Below, piece after piece: positions 35,447 to 47,990 of a DNA stretch of 64,000 nt. The notes under the pieces were generated by a model. That model was not told where the DNA came from and ran no database searches. It worked only from the letters and a program-made list of their open reading frames with translations. Position 1 is the first letter of the stretch. Each line of letters begins with the position of its first letter. Source of the stretch: Mobula birostris (taxonomy: Eukaryota). The stretch spans positions 38,945,590 through 39,009,589 of the forward strand of contig NC_092387.1 in assembly GCF_030028105.1 (NCBI RefSeq). The letters run 5' to 3'. The position numbers and the translations under genes are program-made.

Positions 35447-37284
35447 AACGCATTCACCCACATCGCTTATACTTTTGTGAGCGTTTAGACCAGTCGGTAT
35501 GCCAGGTTCAATCAGATCACTATGAATAGGCACCAAACAACGCATCTATAACACGGCTTAAATGTTGAAAGCAATCTAATAACGTTGCAACTTAGCAATA
35601 AGTTCTCCATCTCTGCAGTGGGCTGTGAAAAACGGCGGCCGCTATTCAGTGGGAAATATTTATATTGAGATTACTTCCAACAGTCTGAAGTATTCTCTGA
35701 AGTATACTAAAAATAATTATGTTGATGTTGGCATCTTTGTGTCAAATTGATTTTGCACGCGTGTCACTTGGTATTGTGGAACAAAAGACAAGCTGCGGGG
35801 AAAGGAGAGGATTGAATGAACAGTAAAATACGGTATCATGCTTCCAAGTGTCACTTGACTCAGTAAGACCCGAGAAGTTTTTTTTCACACTGTGCGGAGA
35901 GAGCAGAGGTGCGAACCGGGTTGAATAGACCTGCTTTGTACTGTTGAGAGTCATCAGCAAAGCACGTTAATGCTACAGTCCGTTAGCTTCTAACCGAAGC
36001 GACAGCCACGAGAACACGGCAAATCCTGATAAATACAATTAACCGCAAGGGATGAAATAGTCTTTGTTTGATTTTATATAATATATATTATATCTTTACT
36101 AATTTATGCCACTAGCCTTAATGAATACCATGGAAGTAGTCATCCAGCACCATCTCTCACTTTATTAGTTTTCGCATTTAATTTAGGTCTCGGCTCCATT
36201 CAATACTGATGATAAAAACGCTCGATATAATAAAAGGTGGCTCGGAATTGTCACAAATTATCAATATCGCTTCGCCTGATAAGCATAATAGCATCAATTT
36301 CGAGGAAGGTTAGGTAAAATCTTATAGTCTCAATTACAGTAACAAGAATGAAAAATGATTGATAACTTTATTATGCTTGCACTGCGCCGGGGTGTCTTTT
36401 TTCGTAAGCTGTGTTTCAGGCACATTGTCAGAAGCACAAAGTATACTCAACAAATGCAATGGTTTTGTTTCCCGGATTTACAAGATGATGAATATTCTTG
36501 AACGGTCAATACATTTAGTTTCAATTGTATTTAATGTTTATCATGTCAATATATATATCACATGTTGACCTCTGGTTCTTATAACTACTCTCAATTCATG
36601 AAATTAACTCATTTTAAAATCTTAATCCGCACAATTATGCATATACAGTAGCGAACATATCATTTGTAACTTTTATCTTTTTTTTAAAAATACTACATTT
36701 ATGCTTTGATATATCATAATTATACTAAACAATTTAGACTATGAGTTATTTTATTCTGTAGCCCACAACTTGAACTTATTTCTTAACAGTAGTTTTGCAC
36801 CAACGATTCACTTATGGTTAAATTTCTGCGGTAATGATTGATGGAGATTAGGAACGGAATAAATTAAGATGAATTAGTAAATGGGCCAACACAATAAGCG
36901 TTATTGATAAAAAAAATAACATTTTATAAACGGATTTTGGGAAGTTCGGATTTCAGCTGTCATGGCTTGAATAGTTGTATAAACTTGTTTTTTTGAACCA
37001 AGAATGAAATATGTAGCATCCTGTTCTTTCGCAGGTTACAAGCTCGGTAATCATCTGTTGTAAAATAGGAGTACACCGCATAATAAAACTTACGGATGCG
37101 ATATTTCGAAAAGATGCTGGTTCTAATTAATCGTTTCATGTGAATAAGTTGAAGTTCTTATTTGGGCGAAGTAGATATTTCTTACTCCTACCCACCTAAA
37201 CGTCTTAAGTGACAAGTATAATCCCACATGCACCACGAAATTAGAGGAATTAACCCGTTTTATCTTGTATGTCACAGGTAAATT

Positions 37285-37500
37285 ATGGAACTTACCCCTT
37301 TCTCTAAGGGGCTATGGACAGGTGACAATAAATTTCTGCAACATCACTTCACTGACATATTAACAAGTGTGCACATAACCCGGGAGATCCCTGAAGATGC
37401 TGTTTTCGGTCCCTGCATCCTCCAGAACAACTTTTACGACACAATCGCGTTCATTGCCTTGAAGTCTTCAGATCGGAGATGTGTACCCTATGTGTTCCGG
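37285..37500 (+). CDS. ZNF488: ZNF488 / PRDM8-like PR-domain zinc finger protein, coding exon 1 (N-terminal half of the PR/SET domain)
   Basis: MELTPFSKGLWTGD...TDILTSVHITREIPEDAVFGPC...YDTIAFIALKSSDRRCVPYVFR|gtaagt closely matches the PRDM8 N-terminus (TDIFTSV...IPENAIFGPC...IAFIALKSTDKRTVPYIFR). 216 nt, phase 0. An acceptor-like gtcacag| just upstream of the ATG (37277) implies a non-coding upstream exon. Confidence 0.92.
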
Positions 37501-37888
37501 GTAAGTGCCCTCTAATCCAACACGACTCGAATCTTAAAAAATTCACGTTGGGAGCTAATTGTCTATGACACTAGAAGGAACGTCAAACCACAGCCCAACT
37601 ATACGAATTAACTGTCTTGCCAAAGTTTAAGATTAAAAAATCTATTTTTATAATTATTACAATATTGTTAAATCAAAATTTGGAAGAGATTTATGTAAAA
37701 GTCAAAATCATAGTGGTTGTCTCCAAATGAAAATTGGATGGCATATCAGAAGAATGTCAAAATAAAGTGAAAGATATTTTGTATTAAATTGACACCTTCA
37801 TGAATTTGGATCATGGAAAATTGATAATGTATTTACAGAGTCTGACCTGAATTTTTCAGTGATTGATTGAAAGCTTTCTTCCGTGCAG

Positions 37889-38120
37889 GTGGATGTAACT
37901 GCGTTGAATAGCTCCACGGATGGGTTGTCTTGGTTGCGGCTGGTACAAGCGGCGAACAACACCAAGGAGCAGAACCTGGAGGCTTATCTGAAGAGCGGAC
38001 AACTATATTATCGCTCTACGCGGAGGATTAGAAAGGACGAGGAGCTCTTCGTGTGGTACGACAACGAACTCTCCACGCTCCTCGGCTTCACTGATATCAA
38101 AACTCGTACTGGCTCAAACA
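37889..38120 (+). CDS. ZNF488: ZNF488 / PRDM8-like, coding exon 2 (C-terminal half of the PR/SET domain)
   Basis: ttcttccgtgcag|GTG GAT...AAC A|gtgagt. 232 nt, phase 0-1. Translates VDVTALNSSTDGLSWLRLVQAANNTKEQNLEAYLKSGQLYYRSTRRIRKDEELFVWY, carrying the PR-domain motifs WLRLV, EQNL and ELxVWY. Confidence 0.93.
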
Positions 38121-39714
38121 GTGAGTAACCCGGACACCACGCAAAGCTTTAGGTTAACGGCAGCCAAAGTGAAAGAAAGAATAATGCAGTTTACCGTCAT
38201 CAGTTTGAGTTCAGATAAAAGCCAAAAGCGACTTTGTTCAGATTGACTTCCATAAGTAGGGCCCCAAAATGAAAAGCGAAATTAAATAACCCATAATCGT
38301 TAGAAAGGCCTATAACTTGAAATCAGACTTTTAAATTTTTTTTTTGGAAAATACTCTCAAAACGGATTTTTAGAGCAACATAATGAAATTAAGTATCCTA
38401 CATCCCAACTACATACGATTGCTACAATAAATCAGGAGGAGATCTGGCAAATCTCACATCAGATTACAAGGAGAACTGACACAAACCAAAATCGAACAAT
38501 TTAGCACCGATTGGTCTCTGCAAATCACGCGAGAATGGATAAGCCACACTTTATAGAATTAGATACACTGATATTTGGGTTGAAGGGCATGGCTGGAGAG
38601 TTTAAAAGAAGTCTTCCTCATAAGTAGATGCCACCTTGCTTACGTCATTGAGTTAAACATGGCAATACGTCACACTATTTCAAGGAACTTTCTTTCGTAT
38701 CATATTATTTAATGCAACTTCTCGATTATGAATTTGTCTGTTAGGATAGCATTGTTAACGTGACGGTGCTGCCAGAAAAATGAGATCATCTTAGGTGGGC
38801 TTGGTGTTAGATTTGAGTACTTGTAATTGCCCCATTTTCTCCCATTTCGCGGAGGACTTGCCGCTCCTAGATAGCTATCCATTAAACCACAATCATATTA
38901 AAGTCCTACGTAAAATGCACCATAACGTTATTATCAGTTCGTGTCCACGTGCGAGGATTAGCAGGAAATATTTATCCCGAATACCTCAGAGTTAACAATG
39001 CTCTTAAATTACTTTATTTCTACCCCCACTGTGTATTTTAATTGTTCTTTGATTTACATGTCAACAGCCTAGAAATGAAGACCTAGAATAATAAATACTT
39101 GGATCTCAAATATAGCAACTAAACCCATATTGTGGCCGCCACCTGTTTTGACAGAATTCCCTGTTTTTGACAGAACAGCAAAAATCGAACAAAAATAGAA
39201 AAGATCGCATATTTTTGCAAAATAGAACAAAATAGAAAAAGTATCTCATATTTTATTGAGCTGTAACCAAGAACATTGAATTTGTTGATCTTTTCTAAGT
39301 CAGAAGGGAGGGGGTTCGTATCATCTCTCCAGAGACTTGAAAACATGACTTGACCCCGATAATTTAGTGCTCTATTTATGATCGCCTTTAAAAAGTCATG
39401 GAATTATTTTGTAGGAGTTTGCCGTTCTTCCTGAAGGGCTAGTGATTAGATTAGACTAGATTAGATTATGAGGACACGCAGTCCTCTTTTATTGTCATTT
39501 AGTATTGCATGCATTAAGAAATGATACAATAGTGATGTTTACTCATTAAGCAATGCCACTAAAATGTACTCGTATCTGCTGTTTTCGTTATTCGTATTTG
39601 CAGGATTGTGCAAACTGGCTGCTGGAATTCCCATACTGGAACAGTGGCTGTACTTCAATATTAGCCATAAAGCTGTTCTTGGGGTCTGAAAAGCGGAATA
39701 TGCATGCAAGGAAT

Positions 39715-40020
39715 GGGGCACGGTGGTCTCGCGGTTAGAGAAACGCTTTACAGATCCAGTTGTCGGGAGATGTGGGTTCAGTTCCCGCTGCAATATGTAA
39801 GGGGTTTTCCCCCTGACCGGGTGGGTTTCCACCAGGTGCTCCATTTCCACCCCCCCCCCATATTCAAAAGACCTCCGGTTTGGCTTAGTGGGCATGTGAC
39901 GTTATCGCAGGAAACCTTGGCCACACTTGTGGGTTGCCCGAGCATATCCTCGGACTGTATTGGCCGTTAGCGCAAATGATCATTTCGATGTATCTTTTTA
40001 TATACATGTGACAAATCTTA
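39715..40020 (+). mobile_element. tRNA-derived SINE in ZNF488 intron 2
   Basis: GGGCACGGTGG...GGTTAG A-box-like head, GGTTCAGTTCCC B-box and a gtgggtttcc...ggtgctcc core. Confidence 0.72.
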
Positions 40021-40111
40021 AAGAACAGATTTTATTTCATTCGGTAAATGAATATTACTGCAGTAGCACATTCAAAATGAGATGTTAATTTGTTTTTATT
40101 ATTTTCGGCAG

Positions 40112-41289
40112 CATTCAGATGCACGGACTGTGGCCAGGAACTGAAGTATGAAAATCCATATCTGGCCCACGTTCGATTCTTTTGCGGGAAGAGGAAGGAT
40201 TATCTCTGGCGAGATTTTCAGACCCTTGGCTTTGGTCACAGTGGCCTTTTTAAAGATCCTTCCAAGAATGCTGAGCTCAAAGATAAGAGCAAAGTGACCA
40301 ACTTTCATAGGATCGCCCATGACTTGGAACATTCTAAGAAGAAATCAATGGCACAGGACGAGGAACGGCCGCCCTCCGAAAAGCACCCCAACAAGCGGAA
40401 ACTAGAAGGTGTAGAGGACAACAAAAGCAGGAAAACGGTCTTATTGGAGAAAACAAATAACCTGGTGTGCGTCCAGAACGGAATTTCTAAAGATGAGCCA
40501 AGTGTTTTCCCGACGCTTGCGGTTTCTGTTTGGAAACTTAGTTCTGATAAGTATTTATTGAAGAAGGATTCATCGGAGCATAAAGCAAGTGCATTTACTG
40601 AGGTTCGTCGACAGCGTGAAAAGGCCAAAGCTGAAAAATTAGAAGGCAGTGCTAAAGATGAAACCCCTGACCTGACCAGGAAGGTGGGTGCAAGAACAGA
40701 GGTGGTTATCAGTTCCCATGGCAGCGCCTTCTCCTCAGTTTTACCGTCTGGTGTTAGAGCAGATGAGCAGAAGAGTGCATTCTGTCAGCCCTGCAGACGA
40801 ACCGGGGAAGGGAACGCTTTGCTTCTGAGCCATGCTACTGCTGAGGTCACCGGGGATTTATCTGATTCTACCGCTACCAGTCATCTCCTGGGTCCCACTA
40901 ATTTGCTAAACTCTAAATCTGTTAGCACGGATCTTGGCAATTCTCACATATTACACGCAAGTGTTGCAACCGGCAGCCCGCTTTTATACCCCTCTGACAT
41001 GTGGCCAAAACCGCTCGGCGTTCAACTCCAATCCACGTCCTCGCTGACGCTGCTCCCGCCGTCCTACACGTCCTTTGGGGTTTCTGCTCAGAACTGGTGC
41101 GCCAAGTGCAACGCGTCCTTTCGAATGACTTCAGACCTGGTGTTTCACATGAGGTCTCACCACAAAAAAGAGTACGCAACCGACTACTTGAACAAGAGAA
41201 GGCGAGAGGAAAAGTTGACGTGCCCGATATGTAACGAGTTTTTTAGAGAGCGCCATCATCTATCCCGACACATGACATCTCACAATTGA
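40112..41289 (+). CDS. ZNF488: ZNF488 / PRDM8-like, coding exon 3 (one C2HC-type finger, two C-terminal C2H2 fingers, stop)
   Basis: attttcggcag|CA TTC AGA TGC is phase 1 and compatible with exon 2. Contains CTDC...H...C and then QNWCAKCNASFRMTSDLVFHMRSHH...CPICNEFFRERHHLSRHMTSHN*, the PRDM8/ZNF488 signature. The spliced CDS is 1626 nt = 541 aa. ZNF488 is preferred over PRDM8 because of the adjacent RBP3. Confidence 0.92.
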
Positions 41290-41456
41290 GTTGTGGATTA
41301 AAACTGAAGGGAGTGAATTTTAAAGGCTTCCTGACAGTATGACCAGAAGAAGCTGGGATGGAATTCCTTAAGAAACTGTTTTCACTGCAGAAGAGAGTGA
41401 GCTCGTCTCACGGGCAATATTACAGCAGGAGGGAGAAGCAGTCTTAAATATAAAAA

Positions 41457-41462
41457 AATAAA
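41457..41462 (+). terminator. Candidate polyadenylation signal (AATAAA) of ZNF488; an alternative lies near 41923
   Basis: First AATAAA downstream of the stop codon at 41289. Usage is not demonstrable from sequence. Confidence 0.3.
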
Positions 41463-44400
41463 CAAATTTGCAATCTATTTAGGCAATAAGATATATTAGA
41501 GTTATGTAAAGGTACCATTGACATTAAAGGTTGTACTTGTAGGATAATCGGTTTGATCTGGCAATGAATTAACTGTGCACCCCATGGACCATCCATGATA
41601 ACAAATTCCTGCTTTTGAATCTTTGTAAACTTAGAGTAACGAACATGGATTCTTGCAGTTGATACAACGACCTTCAACCTGTATAATTATTTCTGTTTGA
41701 TAATTAATTTTGCGGAAAATCTGTGCCGAACTTCAATTAACTTGTCACAATGCATTTTTTGTCTCGAATTATAGTTTCATATCATGTAAGCGCAAGTTGG
41801 AGAGATTTAAAAAAAACTATTGCTACACCAGACTAATGTGCATCTATTTGAAAAGATTCATGATTGCGTTCAAAGCATGACTTGAAAAATAATCTAATTC
41901 ATACACTACTCCACGACGGGTGAATAAAACAAAATGTTTGGGTAGCTAGTTAAAAATGCTAGCAGCAAACAATCTGCCGAAGGTACTCCAAGGGTCGAGC
42001 AGCATCTGTGAGGGAAGGAACTGTTGACGTTTCGGGTGGAAACTCTGCGTCAGGACAAAGTACTTCTGTACAGTAAAGGCTACGCTACCGATGTGTCTGA
42101 ATTAAGATAAGCATGAGTGACAGGACCATCAGACAGTCCGTCCATGCATTAATTAAAGACAACTCTATATCTGTCAATCATACCAAAGGCGAGCGGAGCA
42201 GCAAAACTATTGGCGTTTGGTGTTGTGAGCTTTTTTGTTTTGCAGATTAAGTTAAAGTTTTTTTTTCCAGGATATTTGCATATCTGACGTGTTCAAGTAT
42301 CAGATATGAATGACAGTCTGAATGTGATTCATTAGTTCTCGTTATATATTTTCCAGATTTCAGTAATAAGGAGCTCCATATTAAACTGAGATTTTTTTTT
42401 ACCCCGTAGTACTGTATGAATGTTAACTCTGTTAACAAGTTACGGCTGTAACCGTTTTAGAAGTAGTATGTTCTCCCAGAATTTGAAATTATTTCTAGGT
42501 TTGAGGAGATTTCTTGTGATCTGCTGTTCAGTTATTCACAGATGTTGCTGTTCTATATTTTGTGTAGCTACATGAACCACAGTTCAAGGAACAAGTATTG
42601 AGAGATTTCTATTTGGAAAAAAAATCAAATTATAGCTTTATATTCCCGTAGCTAGTATAAATGGCGAGAGCTCACACCGCTGAACATCGGAACATGTGAA
42701 GCGGTCGATAGCCTGTATCACACACGACTATACGAATTTGAGGCAGGACACGGCCACTTGTCCCTTCCGACCTGTTCCTCCATTTAGTAAGGAACTGCTG
42801 ATTTGTTTCCATTCCAGTCTACTGGGGTAATCATCAAACAGCGTTAGAAGCGCTGAAATGGTGGAATAGATTAGCTAGAAATGGTGAGAGTGGCTTCGGA
42901 CTCAGAGGGTTCGCAGCTTCAAATCAGCACCTTTGAATTAAAGATTAATCGAAAAGTCAAGACTGAAAAAAAAAGTTATATCAATTGTTACACCCAAGAG
43001 TCAATTCAACATTGGGTAACCAGACCAGAATTCAAACTGGACCTATCAAAAGGTAATAAACTGCATTTATATGGTGCTTTTCACATCCCATGTCAATGCA
43101 TTTAGGAAAGTTAGTAAGTGACAAAAAGACAAAACGGTGACGATGTCCAGTTTTTTCCACCCCAAAATTAGTTACATACACAAAATGATGGTGGAACTCA
43201 ACGTGTCAGGCAGCATCTATGGGAAAGGGTAAACAGTCGACGTAAGCGTAATTATCTGGTCAACTACTTCGCACAAATAATTGACGCTCACTCTGAGATT
43301 ATACTAACTGCTTGAAATCTTTCCTTGTTGAAAGAAGCCATTCGCTTCATTGCGACGCTGTCTGGTAGCGAGTGAACTGCGATATTGTTTAGCAGTGAAA
43401 TGCGAAATGGTACAGCACGTCACTATTAGCCGGCAGAAGGTGAGCGGACAGTGATCTGTTTCCGGATGCACAGCATACATTGGTTTAGTCGATAGGATTC
43501 AACAATAGCTACACCTAACGGTACGGCTTCCAAATCGATTTCTGCGCTATATTTTACAGTATTAAGTTCACGGAGGTTTACTGTGGTTTGGGGAGAAGAT
43601 GGTGTCCGAGAGTGTGCTGAGGGCATCTAACCCAGATAAAACTGATTTAGATTGTTAGCATTTTAGGGGCTGAGGAGCAAACTCCACCGGTTTAGCAGAG
43701 ACTAACGTCGATCTGGGGAAGTTGAGCAGAACAGAATTTAAGCAGAGTGGTGATTCTTCAGCTAAAGTATCCTGCTACCCGCCTGCGAATGCTAGAAGTT
43801 ATTCCCCCTAACACGAAATAACGCACGGTGTTTAAAGTGGCGCCTGTTAGAATGGAAATCAATATGCGAGGTGGAAGGAGGATAAGGGAGACGCGAATAT
43901 GAAGAAATCATCAGGGCGGTGGTTGGATTCGGGAGCACCCCGTCCGGATGGATGCCAGAGGCAAATATCTCATAACATTTTAAAAGTGTCTGGACGAGCG
44001 AGAGAGTCACAAGGCTCAGAAGGCTGCGAACGCGATGATGGTAAATAGGATTAATGTATATGGTCAATTGCCATGGGATCGGTTCTTCTGCTGTTTGTCT
44101 CAGCGAACCTATAACTATATTGCGAAATGATAGAAAATAGAATTCCGAATTGTTGAACAGTCAAAACTTGAAACCAAAGATCACCGATTTGAAACGTGTA
44201 TTGTTCCTTCTATACAGTATTTGTTAAAACGTCACTTACACCCACCTTGAGGAAAGACCGCTGTGAATATTGCAAACTGATTGACGAATGCTTTAATGTT
44301 ACTGGTTTGAGAAGTTTATCGGGAAAGATTTTTCCGACAAAAAAAAACTTAATTCGAAAGGAAGAAAATAGATTTAACAAATGCAATTTTCGCCACTAAA

Positions 44401-46337
44401 TAAGAAGACAAGTGCAATTAAATAATATTTACACAAGCATACGATTATTTGGATACTCGAAGCCCCATCTTAAATTCCAAATGTCAGAGTCGCGCTGTTC
44501 AGTTCTATGCACACCTTCTCATATAAGAAGTCAGCCGTCAGTCAGGCCGGAGGTGTTAACTATTTGGTTAATAATTTATTACTGAGGGGATTAATTATGC
44601 CAACCTTCAGATGCATATTATTATTTTATTCATTTTGGTCCACTTGTACGTAGTTTCCCGCATTGTTTTATGTGTGAGGTTATTGTCTATAGATTGTTAC
44701 CCGGAGTACTCTTTGCAGTGTTCTGGCACAAAAATGTTGGACTTACTGACCCATGTTGCTTGTGTGGAATTTGCACGTTTTCCCTGTAACTGCATGTCCC
44801 CTCCCTCCACCCGCCCCCCCGCATCTCAAAAGACCTGCTGATTGGTGGGATGATTAACTACAGCTAGTGTGGGTGGGGTCAGAAAGGGGCAATGGGATTC
44901 ATATTGAACTGAGAGCCGGCAAGGACTTGACAGACCGAAAGGCTTCATTCTCTGCCGTAGGACAATATGTAAAGATGATAATGCTTTTTTTTCTAGTTGT
45001 TTCTCAAATGGACGATAAAAATACCAGCAGGCCACATTCTAAGAGCAGTGAGGTTACGGTAAAACGGTGCCAACCCCGGTCAGGCTTCTGTTTACCGCGC
45101 ACAGTTGCGGTCACCATATTGAAGGAAGGGTGTGATTATACAGAAGGTGCAATTAATGCCACTTACATTTTAGTCAAACTATTCTTTCTCTACAATTTTT
45201 AAAACAAATAAATAGTTTTGATATTACTTATATACCGAGACAATTAGAAGTGTTTCCTCTCACACCCCTACAAATCGTTTTGGATATGTATTAAGGATTT
45301 TATTTTAGGCTCCTCTTTGTAGAATACCACTTTACTTTAGCATAATCATGTGCAACGATCTGAAAGTAGCAATCCTTAGTTACAAATCACTTCATTTAAT
45401 TCCACAGGGAAGTCTTGAAGCGTCAGTCTTCCTTCTCAGGGACTACACACATTGAGTTTGAGTTGGTACCAGAAGTAATATAATTTCAGTTCATTTCTGC
45501 CAGAATTCATTTCAAAAGAGTGCAATTTACTCTCAAACCAAATTCAGGGTCACCTGCCTTAGATGAAATAGTGATATACAGTATACCTAAACAGGCCGGG
45601 GGAGTTCTCCATCACATCCCACCAAAGGGATCAATTGTGCCAATGTTTTCTCAAACCTTAAGGTTATTAAAGCGATTTTTTTTGGCTCGTTCATGTCTTA
45701 CCTGAAATTATGGGTAATATAATTTACTTTAGGCCTCGGTATACAAGGAGATTTCCAGAGTTAAATAGCAAGTTGCTTAGACCTATAACTGATATCCATA
45801 TAGCCAATAAAATGAACCACAGACAGTAGTCTAAAATCGATCAAAGTTGTATTGAAAGAGACAGCGGTGACTTCCGAGAGCCTTGCTTTCGGAAAACGTT
45901 CTGCTATTTTTTTCGTAATTGGAAGCCGGTTGGCAGAGTGCCCTTGAAGTAAGGTTACTCCGTTTATCTGAAGCATTGTCCTATATTTCAGATAATGGGC
46001 GTTGGAGCAAACTATGAAAAAGTAAATAGAGACCAATCTAAAAACAATTACATAAAATGCAAGAAAATAAGTGTCTTAGACAAGTGCAAACAAGGCAAAC
46101 AAAACGAGGGCAACTAACGGTGCCAAAAATGTCCAAAATGTCACACAACCAGACAGGCAGTGGAGACCCGTTATTTCACTCCGAGCGACATCAACTGAGA
46201 CATGAGAATACACTCCTATTTAAAGCGCGCTTGTAGTCTCTACACTGAGATTTTACTCCTTCTACTCCCAACTCTAGGCATTCTATTCAGGAAGCAATTA
46301 GCAACAATTATACGCTGTGAATCTCCAGAGGAGTAAG

Positions 46338-46663
46338 TCAGGTACGTCCGTGCAAATGGCTTCTCAGGATCTCCTTGGCTGTCTCCAGCGCTGTGGAAGC
46401 GGGGACGTTGATGTGAGGTACGACTCCGGCTCCTTCCCAGGAGGTTCCACCGAGACTGGACGACCTGATGGTCGGCATAGTCAGGTAGAGGTCGGTGTCG
46501 TCTACATGGTAGGTTTGTGGAGGGTGACATCCGCCACTCGTCAACTCGCCGACGATGAGAGCTCTTCCCACTCTTTTCATCACGAAGGCGAATTGTTCCG
46601 CTGCTCCCGAAGTGACGTTGCTTGTGAGGACAATTAGCTCCCGGTTAGAACCATATCGCTTCC
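46338..46663 (-). CDS. RBP3: RBP3 coding exon 4 (end of module 4, stop)
   Basis: cattttgtcaag|GG AAG CGA TAT GGT. Translates [61 protein letters not shown]...WEGAGVVPH...LHGRT*. Total CDS is 3660 nt = 1219 aa. Confidence 0.96.
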
Positions 46664-46746
46664 CTTGACAAAATGAATAACACCGTAATCAGGCGGGATT
46701 ATGACTGAGAATGTACAATGAAGCAGATGCTGTCTTCTATTCTTAC

Positions 46747-46889
46747 CTGCTGACCAAGGAACAGTCCATATTTCGTAGGTTGTGTCAATAGGTCTATTGT
46801 AAACAGTATCTAGGAGCACCGGGTTCCCATCGTCAAAGAAATAGGAGCACAGGGTTGGGATAGAAGAGGTGGGCCCTCCAATGTTGTTC
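46747..46889 (-). CDS. RBP3: RBP3 coding exon 3 (module 4)
   Basis: ggcctag|G AAC AAC ATT GGA GGG CCC...TCA GCA G|gtaaga. 143 nt, phase 2-1. Translates [33 protein letters not shown]. Confidence 0.96.
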
Positions 46890-47129
46890 CTAGGCCAAAC
46901 ATAACGTGTTTGCATTCGTTAAGCTTGTAAACAACTATACACTAAGGTGGGGGGGGGCAGAGGGGACACGAGCAAATTAGGCAAGACCCAGAATTAATTT
47001 AAACACGTGTGAAGAACTAATCTGTTACTTACCATCGCAGTATAGTTCTAGGAGGCTTTGACATTCGTGTTGCTCCAATGTCAAGACCCATCCATTCACT
47101 CAATGGAGCATTAAAATCTACTACAACGA

Positions 47130-47990
47130 ACACGACGCCGAAGGAGTTTAGCGGGTCAGGCAGCAACGACGGAGAGAAATGGACATTCGTCGTTCTGGGG
47201 CGAGAATTTTCATCTGGACTGAAGCCATCCAGATGTTGCCTGACCCGTTGAGTTCCTCCGGCATTTTATTGTTCCGGCGGTCCATCTGAACATCAGTTCT
47301 CCACTCTTCCATCTCCATCAACAAGCCACCACTCTTCTGTCCTCACGGTGGTTTTTTTTAACTGGTTTTCAATAACAAAATTGTTTTGCCGAGTATCTTT
47401 GCACTATCCGCCGTAGAAAGACAGGAACTCCCCGTGGCTATCCATTTCAATTTGACTTCCTGTTCTATTCTGATATGTCTGTCCATGGCCTAATTCAACC
47501 ACAATGACGAGGCCAAACTCAGGTTGGAGGAGCAACACCTCATATTACAACCTGATAGCATGAACATCGATTTCTCTAACTTCCGCCCATTTCTTCCCAT
47601 TCCCCTCTCTTTTCTTTCATCGTTCTGGTTCCTCTTCCCCCTCCCCCATCTTCTCCTCGCCTGACCACCACCTTCCTCTGGTTCCCCTCCATCTTCCCTT
47701 TCTTCCATGGTCCACTGACATCTCCTGTTAGCTACCTTCTTCTTCAGCCCTTTAATCTTCCATCTATCTTGCCCCGCTTCTTACTTCAATTTTCCTTCTC
47801 CCACTCACATTCCCCTCATCTACCACCTGCTAGTTTATACGCTTCCCCCTCCCCGCACCTTCTCATACTGGCTTCTGCTCCCTTCCTTTCTAGTCCAGAT
47901 GAAGATCTCGGCCCGAAACGTCGAATATTTATTCTTCTCCATAAATGCTGCCCGAACCCAGAATTCCTCCAGTATTTTGTGGATGTTCAA
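47130..47990 (+). mobile_element. Penelope-like element fragment in RBP3 intron 2 (GIY-YIG C-terminus and terminal repeat, preceded by an inverted terminal piece)
   Basis: gtggctatccatttcaat...aggttggaggagcaacacctcata...atgaacatcgatttctctaacttc (LEEQHLI...MNIDFSNF). Hammerhead-like motifs at 47891-47927 (+) and about 47180-47222 (-). Confidence 0.75.

Noticed and set aside
39715-39800. Possible tRNA gene (A/B boxes), also at about 48190-48245
   Set aside because: No cloverleaf, and it continues into a SINE body and tail, so it is a SINE head.
37285-41289. Calling this gene PRDM8
   Set aside because: The sequence is PRDM8-like, but adjacency to RBP3 and the LVFHMRSH finger variant point to the ZNF488 paralogue. 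A tree is still needed.
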